From Kordiimonas sp. (GTDB lineage: Bacteria; Pseudomonadota; Alphaproteobacteria; Sphingomonadales; Emcibacteraceae), in contig PADB01000010.1 in assembly GCA_002700365.1 (NCBI GenBank), forward strand, positions 268,591-332,590: a stretch of 64,000 nt of DNA. The letters run 5' to 3'. A model generated the notes under the pieces. It saw only the letters and a list, made by a program, of their open reading frames with translations, was not told the origin of the DNA and made no database searches. Below, piece after piece: positions 1 to 11,700 of the stretch. Position numbers and translations under genes: made by a program. Each line of letters begins with the position of its first letter. Positions within the stretch are counted from its first letter, which is position 1.

Positions 1-1377
1 GCGGCTCTGGAACAGCGACTAAAAAAATATTTGCGTCGCGGAAAGGTGGAAAAAGCCGAAAAAAGACTTTGGGCTTTTGAACGGCAGGGGCTGTTATCTC
101 CCTTGGATTTTGATCGCCATCTTACAAAAGTTGCAAATGTCTATTACCTGAAAGGTCAAGATGCCAAAGCATTGGCACTGGCATCTTTAAGCGCAGAACG
201 ATCCGGCGACCATATCAGCCAAAGCCATTGGGTCAGTGGCCTGGCCGCATGGCGACAGAATGATTGCCAACAAGCCGCTCACCACTTCAGCCACGTCGCC
301 CGTTCCACGACAGCAGGAAACTGGACAGTCGCCGCAGGGGCCTTCTGGGCAGCCAGATCCCACCTCGTCTGCCAACAACCTGACAAAGTTTACCATTGGC
401 TAAAAACTGCGGCCCAATACCCGCGCACTTTTTATGGCTTAATCGCTAATCGACAATTGGCCCAGTCGCCGCGATTTAATTGGCAAAAGCCGGACTTCAG
501 TGATTATCATTTAGACAAAATTCACGACATGCCCAGCATAAAACGCGTTCGGGCCTTGTCTGAAATCGGGCGCATCAGTGACGCTGACCGTGAATTGAAA
601 ATGACATGGTCACGTACCAGCGGCGACAAACATGACGCTTTACTGGGGCTGGCCGCTAAATTGGACCTGCCGAATACTCAGGTCATTATCGGTAAAATCG
701 AAGAACAAAAACAGCGGCAGCCAATGGATAGCGTATTGTATCCTGTACCTGCTCTGGAACCGCAGGGTGGCTATACCCTAGACAGGGCAATGTTATTAGC
801 CTTTATGCGCCAGGAATCACAATTTGACAGCCGCGCCCGAAGCTATGTAGGGGCCAGCGGCCTTATGCAACTAATGCCCAATACCGCCAGCTATATAACA
901 GCCGACCGCTCCTTGCGTTATGGCAATAAACTAAAACTGGAAGACCCTGACTACAACATAGCATTGGGACAACAATATCTAGTCAAATTATTAGGGGACG
1001 ATTACGCCGATGGTAACTTGTTCCTTACGGCCACAGCTTATAACGCCGGGCCGGGAAATATGCTGCGGTGGTTAAAGGGGACACATTTTAAGAATGACCC
1101 ACTCTTATATATTGAATCCATCCCCGCGCGCGAAACACGTAATTATATTGAACGGGTGCTGAGCAACTTATGGATCTACCGCATTCAATTAGGACAACCC
1201 ACCCCCAGTCTGGATCAGGTCGCAGCAGGTGTCTGGCCAACGTATCAAGCCCTTGACGGTAAGGTTCCCACTCACACGACCACCTCATCATTATCCTCAC
1301 CTCATAATAGTGACCAACTGGCCATACCCGACAGTCACACGACCGCTCAAAGGACAACACATGCCCGGAAGAATTGA
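1..1377 (+). CDS. Lytic murein transglycosylase (SLT domain); 5' end lies outside the window
   Basis: Frame 1 is open from nt 1. Catalytic-domain motifs ESQFDSRARSYVGASGLMQLMPNTA and AYNAGPGN are present. The long helical N-terminal part resembles Slt70-type enzymes. Confidence 0.85.
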   Translation, partial: AALEQRLKKYLRRGKVEKAEKRLWAFERQGLLSPLDFDRHLTKVANVYYLKGQDAKALALASLSAERSGDHISQSHWVSGLAAWRQNDCQQAAHHFSHVARSTTAGNWTVAAGAFWAARSHLVCQQPDKVYHWLKTAAQYPRTFYGLIANRQLAQSPRFNWQKPDFSDYHLDKIHDMPSIKRVRALSEIGRISDADRELKMTWSRTSGDKHDALLGLAAKLDLPNTQVIIGKIEEQKQRQPMDSVLYPVPALEPQGGYTLDRAMLLAFMRQESQFDSRARSYVGASGLMQLMPNTASYITADRSLRYGNKLKLEDPDYNIALGQQYLVKLLGDDYADGNLFLTATAYNAGPGNMLRWLKGTHFKNDPLLYIESIPARETRNYIERVLSNLWIYRIQLGQPTPSLDQVAAGVWPTYQALDGKVPTHTTTSSLSSPHNSDQLAIPDSHTTAQRTTHARKN

Positions 1378-1897
1378 CGAAAGCCTTGAATTCATCCCTT
1401 TGAATATTGCGATACTAACCGTCTCGGATACCCGCGATATAGAAACAGACACGTCCGGCCAGACGTTAGTAGACCGGCTGCTAGCTGCTGGTCACAAGCT
1501 CGCAGACAGAAAAATCCTACCCGATGACAAGACGCAGCTTACCGCACAGATTACCGATTGGCTTCGTGATGACAGCCCTGTGCAAGTGATAATTTCCACC
1601 GGGGGAACCGGATTGACCGGCCGTGATATCACACCTGAGGTTTTTCATGCTTTATATGACAAAGAAATCCCCGGCTTCGGTGAATTATTCCGCCAGCTCA
1701 GCTACGACTTTATCGGCACATCCACCTTACAGTCCCGTGCCACTGGCGGTATCGCCAATGGTAAATATCTCTTTGCCCTACCCGGATCGACCGGGGCCTG
1801 CAAAGACGGCTGGGATGGTATTTTAAAAACCCAACTCGATAGCCGTCATCGGCCATGTAACTTTGTGGAAATTATGGACCGCCTCAAAGAAGTATAA
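1361..1897 (+). CDS. moaB: Molybdenum cofactor biosynthesis protein B (MoaB/MogA fold)
   Basis: IAILTVSDTRD...ISTGGTGLTGRDITPE motifs. I chose ATG 1361 (MPGRIDE) because the longer tracked ORF from 1229 overlaps the slt gene. There is a 17-nt overlap with the slt stop. Confidence 0.85.
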   Translation: MPGRIDESLEFIPLNIAILTVSDTRDIETDTSGQTLVDRLLAAGHKLADRKILPDDKTQLTAQITDWLRDDSPVQVIISTGGTGLTGRDITPEVFHALYDKEIPGFGELFRQLSYDFIGTSTLQSRATGGIANGKYLFALPGSTGACKDGWDGILKTQLDSRHRPCNFVEIMDRLKEV

Positions 1898-1912
1898 TAG
1901 CCACCCCGCTGA

Positions 1913-2542
1913 TTAGTCCCTGACGAGCCGCAACCGATTAGTTGATCCGGCAATGCTGACCAGGTCATCAATATTGTCCACATCCCGCAACGTCGCCGCA
2001 AACCCCACCGTTAGATGCGGCGGTAGGCTGACAATACTGTCGGATAACGCATGGGGTGTTGACCACCTCACAGACGATAATGCCGGATGGTAACGTCGCC
2101 GAGCCATACCATACAGCCAATAACCGCCATCACATGCCGGGCCGAACACCACATCTTTCTGACGCAACAATGCAAATGCATCCGCGATATGCTGCCGTGT
2201 AATGCCCGGTATATCGCTCCCGATAATCACCACAGGTCCGGGCGGAAGCACGCGGGCGGGCTGTGCCATACGACGACCCAAATCCCCATGCTGTTGCGCA
2301 TGACGCAATGGGCCATCGGGCCAAAAACACCCCGGCTTTGCCGCCCATGCAGGGGTCACAAATAAATGTAATTGCCAACGGCGGTAACCCTGCAGTCTTC
2401 GAATGATGTTGTGCGTCTGCCGCCGATACCAAACCATTGCCGATAATGCACCTATGTCATGCGCCAAACGGGTTTTTGTTCGCCCCATTTGCGGGGCCTT
2501 GGCAAAGATGACCAAATGCTCCCTGCGGCCACCCCCACCCAT
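1913..2542 (-). CDS. DUF2064 / TIGR04282-like nucleotidyl- or glycosyl-transferase
   Basis: N-terminal LVIFAKAPQMGRTKTRL is the DUF2064 signature. The start overlaps the upstream gene's stop by 1 nt (TAATG). Confidence 0.75.
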   Translation of the reverse strand: MGGGGRREHLVIFAKAPQMGRTKTRLAHDIGALSAMVWYRRQTHNIIRRLQGYRRWQLHLFVTPAWAAKPGCFWPDGPLRHAQQHGDLGRRMAQPARVLPPGPVVIIGSDIPGITRQHIADAFALLRQKDVVFGPACDGGYWLYGMARRRYHPALSSVRWSTPHALSDSIVSLPPHLTVGFAATLRDVDNIDDLVSIAGSTNRLRLVRD

Positions 2543-3279
2543 TAATTTTTCCCTTTGTTTTTTGCCACATGCCCCGCCACAGGAGTATCACGCATCGTCC
2601 GGGCATCGGACGCGTAATAATGTGCCACAATTTTATCCATCGGCTGCCCCATTAGAAAACGTAATAAACATTGCCAATGACGTATGCTGCGCCGCCAATA
2701 CCCCTCCTCGCGGTAGCGATGTGCCGATGTCACAGCAACGGCATCCAAACATTTCAAACGCCCCCGCCCCAGGCGCCGCACCAGATCCACATCCTCCATA
2801 AGCGGTAAATCCCTATATCCCCCAACTTTGCGGTAAAGGTCACGATGGATAAATAGCCCCTGGTCACCATACGGCAGGGCAAACACGGCGGACCGAAATG
2901 CCACCCCTGCGCCCCATATGCGCGCAACAATAGATTTATCATTGAAACGTAGAATAAAATATCCCGCACGGGCACGACGCAAAACCATATGGCGGCGTAT
3001 CTGCTGCGCCCAATCCTCAGTCAAGACAGTATCGGCATGCAAAAAAAGCATCCAATGGCGATGGGCCCGATCTGCTCCTGCCTTTAATTGTGCTCCTCTT
3101 CCGGGTGCTGTACGCAAAACCTCCACCCCTGCATCATGCGCAATAGACAAAGTTTCATCTTCAGACCCCCCATCAACCACAATTATTTCAGACACTAACT
3201 TCCCACCATCTTCCAGGCAGGCTAATGTTTGTGGTAACGTTGCAGCCGCATTCAACGTCGGAATTATCACGCTCAACAT
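2542..3279 (-). CDS. Family 2 glycosyltransferase (TIGR04283-like partner of DUF2064)
   Basis: MLSVIIPTLNAAATLPQTL GT2 N-terminus and a DGGSED motif. It is translationally coupled to the DUF2064 gene. Confidence 0.75.
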   Translation of the reverse strand: MLSVIIPTLNAAATLPQTLACLEDGGKLVSEIIVVDGGSEDETLSIAHDAGVEVLRTAPGRGAQLKAGADRAHRHWMLFLHADTVLTEDWAQQIRRHMVLRRARAGYFILRFNDKSIVARIWGAGVAFRSAVFALPYGDQGLFIHRDLYRKVGGYRDLPLMEDVDLVRRLGRGRLKCLDAVAVTSAHRYREEGYWRRSIRHWQCLLRFLMGQPMDKIVAHYYASDARTMRDTPVAGHVAKNKGKN

Positions 3280-3422
3280 TTATTAAATCTGCTCAAATGT
3301 ATTCATACGCCCCATAGTATGCCCCCATACTACAGCGGTCTAGGCCCCTCCCCGAAAGATACCTATAAAAACTAGAGTAAGAACGAACCCCGGATAACAG
3401 ACTAACGCCTTATCCTCATTCT

Positions 3423-4064
3423 ATGAGCCCTATCATGCCACCCCCCCATAGCAAAAATATATTTACGCCCAATTTAGACTTCGAAAACAAACATAGCGGC
3501 ATTGTATGCGGCATAGATGAGGTCGGGCGTGGCCCTCTGGCCGGGCCGGTTATGGCGGCCGCCGTCATCCTGGACCCGCAAAATATTCCCGCAGGACTTA
3601 ATGACAGCAAAAAACTATCCCCCGCCCGGCGGGAAGCCCTGTATATAGAATTGACCTCCTGTTGCCAGTATGGCGTTGGCGAAGCATCTGTCGCAGAAAT
3701 AGATCGCCATAACATCCTTCAGGCCACCTACATCGCAATGCAACGTGCGGTTGAAAAACTACCCATCAGACCTGATCATGCGCTGGTTGATGGAAACCGT
3801 CTTCCCCCCCTGATTTGCCCTGCAACGACCATAATTAAAGGCGACCAAAGGTCATTATCGATTGCCGCAGCCTCCATTATCGCCAAAGTAAAACGCGATT
3901 TTTTGATGAAAGAATTGGCAAAAAACTACCCCGACTACGGATGGGAGAAAAACGCAGGATATGGTACGAAGCAACACATGGAGGCACTAAAGCTTGTGGG
4001 CGTGACTCCTCATCATCGCAATAGCTTCGCGCCAATTCGTAATCTAATCACTCAAGATTCTTAA
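3423..4064 (+). CDS. rnhB: Ribonuclease HII
   Basis: GIDEVGRGPLAGPV and SIAAASIIAKV motifs; about 210 aa. Confidence 0.9.
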   Translation: MSPIMPPPHSKNIFTPNLDFENKHSGIVCGIDEVGRGPLAGPVMAAAVILDPQNIPAGLNDSKKLSPARREALYIELTSCCQYGVGEASVAEIDRHNILQATYIAMQRAVEKLPIRPDHALVDGNRLPPLICPATTIIKGDQRSLSIAAASIIAKVKRDFLMKELAKNYPDYGWEKNAGYGTKQHMEALKLVGVTPHHRNSFAPIRNLITQDS

Positions 4065-4118
4065 TTAACTAACTGATTCAATTAAAAAAAATTGTTGACG
4101 CGATTCGCGGTTTGACTC
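4056..4118. promoter_or_regulatory. Cluster of four GANTC (CcrM target) sites in the ccrM upstream region
   Basis: GATTC at 4056, 4075 and 4102, and GACTC at 4114. That is 4 sites in 63 bp against about 0.25 expected at 1/256 per bp. Confidence 0.5.
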
Positions 4119-4139
4119 ACACTGATTTTCAAATGTTAG

Positions 4140-5285
<1,146 letters not shown>

Positions 5286-5344
5286 TCTGACATAAATCAT
5301 ATAGCCGCAGGCGCGACTACTATTTAAGTCGTCATCTATTACTA

Positions 5345-5390
5345 AAAAAACCTAAGGACCAGTTTTAACACTGCCCTTAGGGTTTTTGTT
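5345..5390. terminator. Weak bidirectional hairpin between the convergent ccrM and PepSY-like genes
   Basis: A7-CCTAAGG-17 nt-CCTTAGG-GTTTTTG. The stem is only 7 bp. Confidence 0.4.
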
Positions 5391-5404
5391 TAAATTATAT
5401 ATTA

Positions 5405-5968
5405 TCAGGATAAAACCCAGCCCAAAATCACAATGCCCAGACCACTGCCAAAAGCCCAATAAGATGTCTGCCTCATTGCCACAGATTTAAGAGAAAGCAC
5501 CGCACCCGTAACTAAAACCGTCGTCAGAAAGACACCAAAAATAATTCCCATAATACGAAAAATTAGCCCTGCATGGCCCTTATGAATTTCCACCATGCTC
5601 CGCATCAAATCATATTCCTGATGCACCAGCTCAATATTCAAAACTTCCGCGCCAGGATCATTTTTCAGACTGAGATGTGCTGAACTCCGCAACCCAAGCC
5701 AAAAATAATCATTGGGACGCCCCTTAACCATACTGCCGGGAAGCGATAGCCCTTTTGCCTCTAACAACGTGGTCATAACATCTTCTGCATCTTCGCCAGT
5801 TTCCGGCCATGCGGTTATTGTCTCCACAGGAAAGCGCGTCACTTCTGCGTCCCCTTTAACATCCACCAGATAGAGCGTCCCTGTCAGCACATACAATAGT
5901 GCAAGCGGCAAGAAAAAGACTGCAATATAACCGTGCAGTTTCATCCAGGTCAGACGATTAATTGTCAT
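5405..5968 (-). CDS. Small membrane protein, PepSY-associated TM-helix-like
   Basis: N- and C-terminal TM helices with WMKLHGY and EIHKGHAG motifs, similar to PepSY_TM proteins. Confidence 0.55.
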   Translation of the reverse strand: MTINRLTWMKLHGYIAVFFLPLALLYVLTGTLYLVDVKGDAEVTRFPVETITAWPETGEDAEDVMTTLLEAKGLSLPGSMVKGRPNDYFWLGLRSSAHLSLKNDPGAEVLNIELVHQEYDLMRSMVEIHKGHAGLIFRIMGIIFGVFLTTVLVTGAVLSLKSVAMRQTSYWAFGSGLGIVILGWVLS

Positions 5969-6136
5969 GAAAACTTTCCTTTAATATACACGTAACTACT
6001 TAATACAGACGAAAAAATCCCGCTGTAGATATCTTTCTATATCAAATACGCAGCACAGGTCTTAAATCTGTCGCGCGACAGACAAAAAATATGCGAACAA
6101 ATGATTTCTGGATCATCTTTGAAGGATATTGAGGAA

Positions 6137-7246
6137 TTACAGGTCCAACATTGGAGCCCGCACCATATCAATGACTTTTTTCATAACAGTCGGCAGAGGG
6201 TAGTTTTGCAACTCTGTTAAGGGGACCCATTCCCCTTCCTGTAAATTAATTATTTCTTCCAAAGCCCCCCGCATCACCTTTAATTCAAGATGAAAATGGG
6301 TAAATGTATGCCGTACGATACCCGGCAATACTGTCCAATTAGCGATAATCGGGACGCGCGGCTCACCCCTTTCTTGCCAATGGGCACATTCAACCCAATT
6401 GGAAGACGGGATTTCCATCATCCCGCCCAACAGTCCCTGCTCTGGACGTTTGCGTAGCCATAATCGCCCATCCACCTCCACCCAGAAAACAAATCCCCGG
6501 CGGGTTGCAAGATCCGCTTTACTTTTCTTTTTCGGCAGTTCCAATGCCGTTCCTGCGGCCCGCCCTTGGCAAAATTGCTGCCAAGGACAATCGCCACAAT
6601 GCAATTTGCGCGGCGTACAAATGGTCGCCCCCAAATCCATTATGGCTTGGGCGTAATCACCACTGCGCTCCCTTGGCGTCAATGACTCTGCTTTCTCACG
6701 CAATATAGGGCGGCTATCCGGTATTTTCTCATGAATATTATAGAGCCGGCTGATAACCCGCTCCACATTTCCATCCACCACTGTAGACGGCACATCATAG
6801 GCAATTGCGGCAATTGCCGCTGCCGTATAAGGCCCAATGCCCGGCAATTTCAACAAGCCTTCTTCACTATCAGGAAAGATGCCTTGCCGCTCATTGGCAA
6901 CGATTACCGCACATTTATGTAAATTTCGCGCGCGCGCATAATAGCCTAGCCCCGCCCACGCAGTAAGCACATCATCAAGAGGGGCTGCAGCTAAATCCTG
7001 CACCGTCGGCCAAAGCCTAACAAATTTTTCATAATAACTTTTGACCGTTGCAACAGTGGTTTGCTGCAACATTATCTCGCTTAGCCAAACTCGATATGGG
7101 TCCTGAGCCTCCCCCGCACGCCGGTCCCAGGGCCCCACTCGCCACGGCAAATCGCGTGCATGAACATCGTACCATGCCAGCAATTTCTCTGCGGCTTCCC
7201 TGTTGCTCCTCGCATCAGCGTTGTCAAAAGTTTTTACCCCGATCAT
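6137..7246 (-). CDS. mutY: A/G-specific adenine DNA glycosylase
   Basis: HhH-GPD region (LPGIGPYTAAAI), 4Fe-4S Cys cluster C-x6-C-xx-C-x5-C, and a NUDIX-like C-terminal domain. Confidence 0.9.
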   Translation of the reverse strand: MIGVKTFDNADARSNREAAEKLLAWYDVHARDLPWRVGPWDRRAGEAQDPYRVWLSEIMLQQTTVATVKSYYEKFVRLWPTVQDLAAAPLDDVLTAWAGLGYYARARNLHKCAVIVANERQGIFPDSEEGLLKLPGIGPYTAAAIAAIAYDVPSTVVDGNVERVISRLYNIHEKIPDSRPILREKAESLTPRERSGDYAQAIMDLGATICTPRKLHCGDCPWQQFCQGRAAGTALELPKKKSKADLATRRGFVFWVEVDGRLWLRKRPEQGLLGGMMEIPSSNWVECAHWQERGEPRVPIIANWTVLPGIVRHTFTHFHLELKVMRGALEEIINLQEGEWVPLTELQNYPLPTVMKKVIDMVRAPMLDL

Positions 7247-7364
7247 AAAAAGGTCACAGTTTGTCGTTTTTCTTTAATCTATTACTGCTCTATACAGATC
7301 CTTTTATATCATGCATGCTTTCTGATAAAGGGCCAGCCTTAATAATCTCATACGGTCGTCCCCA

Positions 7365-7931
7365 GTGATTTATAGTGACCATAACATGACAATGACAACA
7401 AGATCACGCAGAACAAAACCGATTGCAGACGCTCTCAGAGGCTATACCAGCAAAGCCTTTCGCCGTTTTGGCTTTGCCCAGCGCGAAGTCATCTCTCGCT
7501 GGCCGGAAATTGTCGGCACTGTTCTGGCGGATCACTGTCTGCCGGAAAAACTGTCTTTCCCTCCCGGACAAAAGACCGGGGGCACGTTACATGTACGCGT
7601 TGGCAGTGGCTTCGCACTTGAATTGCAACACCTTGAACCTCTGGTCATTGAAAAAATAAACGTTTTTTACGGCTATCCTGCGGTACAAAAACTGCGTCTT
7701 CGTCAAGGACCACTACCCACGTTGCGAAGCCGCCGGGCAAAAAGAAACTATCACTTATCCGATTCTGAAAGGTCAAAACTGGAAAGCCGGTTAAGTCCCA
7801 TCAAAGATTCAGCCCTAAAGGACGCCCTCTCCCAACTGGGTACCGCCATACTCGCTGAAGAAAAATCCGAAATAAAAGAACCGCTTAAGGGGCGTTTTCA
7901 TAGACGCGGCAAGTCTATGCCCCCTAAATAA
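7365..7931 (+). CDS. DUF721 (DciA-like) protein
   Basis: RWPEIVGTVLADHCLPEKL...TLHVRV...ALELQHL pattern of DUF721. The start is uncertain (GTG 7365 or ATG 7386). Confidence 0.8.
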   Translation: MIYSDHNMTMTTRSRRTKPIADALRGYTSKAFRRFGFAQREVISRWPEIVGTVLADHCLPEKLSFPPGQKTGGTLHVRVGSGFALELQHLEPLVIEKINVFYGYPAVQKLRLRQGPLPTLRSRRAKRNYHLSDSERSKLESRLSPIKDSALKDALSQLGTAILAEEKSEIKEPLKGRFHRRGKSMPPK

Positions 7932-7999
7932 TCATCTTTGTCGCTTGATTCACAGAAAAACTGCACCCATACTTTGGCACAACATATTGTAGGTAGAAT

Positions 8000-8692
8000 A
8001 TGATCGAACAACTATATAAGAAGAAAACACACCTCGCACGCTTGACCACCGCGCTGATAATTTTTGTTGGTGTGGCCACAACTACTCATGCCGCAGCGGA
8101 TAAGCCTGACGTTGTGAAACAATCCACACAAACAACAACAACCACGGATGCAAAAAGTTCTGCGGCCACACAAACATTTTTAGGCAAAGATGTAATCTTG
8201 GGACAGGAAGATGCCCCGATCACACTCATTGAATATGCCTCAACAACCTGTGGTCATTGTGCGGACTTCCACAATGACACCCTGCCCAAAATAAAAGAAA
8301 AATATATTGATAGCGGTAAGGCCAAACTGATTTTTCGTCACTTTCCGTTAAATTCTCTGGACCTCGCAGCGTCCATGATTTCACGCTGCACCACGGAAGA
8401 ACGCTATTATCCATTACTGGGTCTTTATTTTAAACGCCAATCCACATGGATGAATGCCACCGACCCCAGTGCCGAAGTTATGAAATTGGCGCGGTTAGCG
8501 GGGATAGGTAAAGACACATTTGACCAGTGCCTCGCAAATAAAGATTTGCAAACGTATTTGCTACAAGTCCGTCAGGATGGACAGAAAAAGTATAATGTCG
8601 AAGCAACACCGACGCTAATCATCAATGGTGAAACACACAAAGGCAACATGTCCTTTGAGGCATTAGACGAAATTCTTTCAAAACTGGAGTAA
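8000..8692 (+). CDS. DsbA-family periplasmic thiol:disulfide oxidoreductase
   Basis: Signal/anchor helix, a Thr-rich linker, and a CGHC active site. Confidence 0.85.
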   Translation: MIEQLYKKKTHLARLTTALIIFVGVATTTHAAADKPDVVKQSTQTTTTTDAKSSAATQTFLGKDVILGQEDAPITLIEYASTTCGHCADFHNDTLPKIKEKYIDSGKAKLIFRHFPLNSLDLAASMISRCTTEERYYPLLGLYFKRQSTWMNATDPSAEVMKLARLAGIGKDTFDQCLANKDLQTYLLQVRQDGQKKYNVEATPTLIINGETHKGNMSFEALDEILSKLE

Positions 8693-8700
8693 CATAATCC

Positions 8701-11700
8701 GTGCATTTTAACCGCCTGCGCCTTTCTGGTTTTAAATCCTTTGTCGATCCAACTGAATTGATGATCGAACCGGGGTTGACAGGCATTGTCGGCCCCAACG
8801 GGTGCGGCAAATCCAACCTGCTGGAGGCTTTGCGCTGGGTCATGGGGGAAAACCGCGCCAAAAGCATGCGTGGCAGCGGCATGGATGATGTTATTTTTGC
8901 CGGCACAGACCGCCGCCCCGCCCGTAATCTGGCTGAGGTCAGTCTGAATATTGACAATACCTCCCGCACAGCCCCCGCCGCCTTTAATGATGAAATAGAA
9001 CTGGAAATTTCCCGCCGTATAGAACGGCAAAGTGGTTCCGCCTATCGCCTGAATAGCAAAGATGTCCGCGCCAAAGACATTCAATTATTATTTGCTGATG
9101 CTGCAACGGGGGCGCATTCACCGGCCTTGGTTAGTCAGGGACGCATCGGGGCCTTAATCAACGCCAAGCCCAAAGAACGCCGCGCCGTCCTGGAAGACGC
9201 CGCAGGCATAAGCGGACTGCATAGTCGCCGCAATGAAGCCGAACGCCGTCTTCAAGCTGCGGAAGACAATCTGACCCGCCTTGGAGATATTGAACAACAA
9301 CTACAAAACCAAATCCGCCATTTAAAGCGGCAGGCGACCCAAGCCGAAAAATATAAAGACATTAGCGGCCAACTGCGCCAGAAACAGGCCTTGCTTTTCT
9401 TGCTCGAATGGCAGGAGCTACATCAGACAATAATCCAGACAGAACAACGTCTTCGCGAAGCAGAGCAGCAGGTCGCGGCCATCACCACCGATGTCAGCAG
9501 CCTAAGCACGGAACAAGCCGTCCTCACAAGCAAAATGCCCGACCTAAGGCAGGCTGAGGCAGAAGCTGCGGCAAAACTTCATCGCCTAACGCTAGCCCGT
9601 GATGGCCTTGATGCTGAAGAAGAACGTCTTCGGCACATGCAGGAAAAGCTCACCCAACAGTTGGCGCAGACACAACAAGATGAAAGTCGTGAGCAAAATA
9701 GCATTACGGATATGGCCGCCACCCTCACGCGGCTGGAAGAAGAACGCGATCGCCTGCGCCATGAACAACAAGTGCAGGATGTTGATATCGAAGCACTGGC
9801 CCTGGCATTTTCAGAACAACAAAAAAAGACGCTGGACACCGAATGGGCATTAGAAGAACTTACAAATAAATTAGCCCAGTATAATGCCAAACAACATAAT
9901 TTGCAGCGCGATGTCGAAGACGCTAAAAATCGTAGCGAAAAATTAAAAGAACAAAAATCCTCTATCGAAGAACGTCTGGCCAGTCTCCATTCATCCAATC
10001 TTTTTACCCAGGCCCTGAAAGAAGCCCAAAATAATTTAGACAAAGCAGAACAAGAACTTCTGCATGCCAGACAATATTATGATAAATGCGAAAAAGATCG
10101 CCAACAGGCAGAAGAATACCACCTACAGGCCCGAGAAGACCTAAACGCCATAGAAGCCACACATACCCGCTTGCATACAGAAATTGACGGCCTTGCCGAA
10201 GTCTTGAATACGGGTTTACGCGATAGCGATACTGCACTATTCCAAAGCATCAGTGCCACCCCCGGATATGAAGCCGCCCTTGGCGCAGCATTAGACGGTG
10301 ACCTGGAAGCCCCGCTTGACGAAGACGCTCCTATCCATTGGCGTAAATTACCACCTCTGGAAGATATACCCACTCTGCCTACAGGCGCCACGCCTCTGGC
10401 CAATTTTGTCAGCGGCCCTGAACTTTTACACCGCCGCCTCGCAATGATAGGCGTTATGGAAAATGCCGATCAGGCAACCGCTTTAATGCCGTCTCTTTTA
10501 CCGGGCCAACGGCTTGTCACGCGGGATGGCGGATTGTGGCGGTGGGATGGCTTTTGTGCGTCTCCGGAGGCCCCGACCGCCGCAGCTATACGTTTATCAC
10601 AGCAAAACCGTTTAAAACACCTGCACACAGCCCTGCATAAAGAAGAACAAAAAAAGGCATCGGCCACTGCCTATACGAATGATACCGCTGCAAAGCTCGA
10701 TACCGCCCAAAAAGAGACCCGTACAGCACGAGACCAATGGCGCAACGTTGAACAACATGTTGCCCGCCTACGTCGTGAATTGACAGAGGCCGAAAAACAA
10801 TCTGTCCGCCATCAGTCTGAAGAAAGCGCATTGAAAGAACGGTTAGATCACCTTTCCGAAGAAGAACAGCATATCAATCATCGCCTTTCCGCCGCGCAAG
10901 ACCAATTGAAAGACCTTCCGCAAAGTATCGAACTTGAACAGCAAATCAGCATTGCTCGCGAACAGGTTGAACGGGAACGCCATACATTATCCGAAGCACG
11001 TTTGGCCCATGATGGTCATACCACACAGCACAAGGCACGTGAGAACCGTTTGGCGCAAATAGATGCCGAACTGGATGATTGGCAGCGCAGGCGCGACAAC
11101 ACACAAAAACATTTACAGAATTTATCGCAACGACAGGCCGATGCTCAGGCCGAATTAAAATCTCTTGCCGATCGACCGGGCGAAATTGTCCTGCAACGGC
11201 GGCAGTTAAATACAGAAATCGACAAGGCCTCTGTTGGACGTCAGGGCGTTGCTCAAAGATTGGCTGAAGCAGAAAACCACCTCTCTCTAAAAGATGCTGA
11301 AATCCGTAAAATCCAAGAACAGTTAGCACAGGCCCGCGAACAGCGCGCCCGTGCAGAAGCCAGCTTGGAACAGCAGCAAGACCAGAAAACACAGCAGAAA
11401 TCGCGTATCAGGGAAGAATTCAACTGTAACCCGCTTGATCTCCGCGGCCTCACCGGACTGGCCGCCGAAGATGAAACACCGGACCTTGCCCAAACTCATG
11501 CCGATGTTGAACGATTAAAGCTTAGTCGTGATCGTATGGGGCCTGTCAATTTACGGGCGGATACGGAACTCAAAGAATTTGAAGAACAACTTTCAAATTC
11601 CATTTCCGAAAGAGAAGATCTAGATAAAGCAATCACACGCTTGCGGCAGGCGATCTCCAGCCTGAATAAAGAAGGACGCGAACGGATGCTGAAGGCCTTT

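Noticed and set aside
1229-1360. An upstream extension of moaB (tracked ORF from 1229).
   Set aside because: It overlaps the slt coding frame, and the MoaB domain begins right after ATG 1361.
6068-6081. The 14-bp perfect palindrome CTGTCGCGCGACAG downstream of mutY.
   Set aside because: It has no loop and no T-run, so it is not a convincing terminator. It is a single occurrence with no matching regulator.
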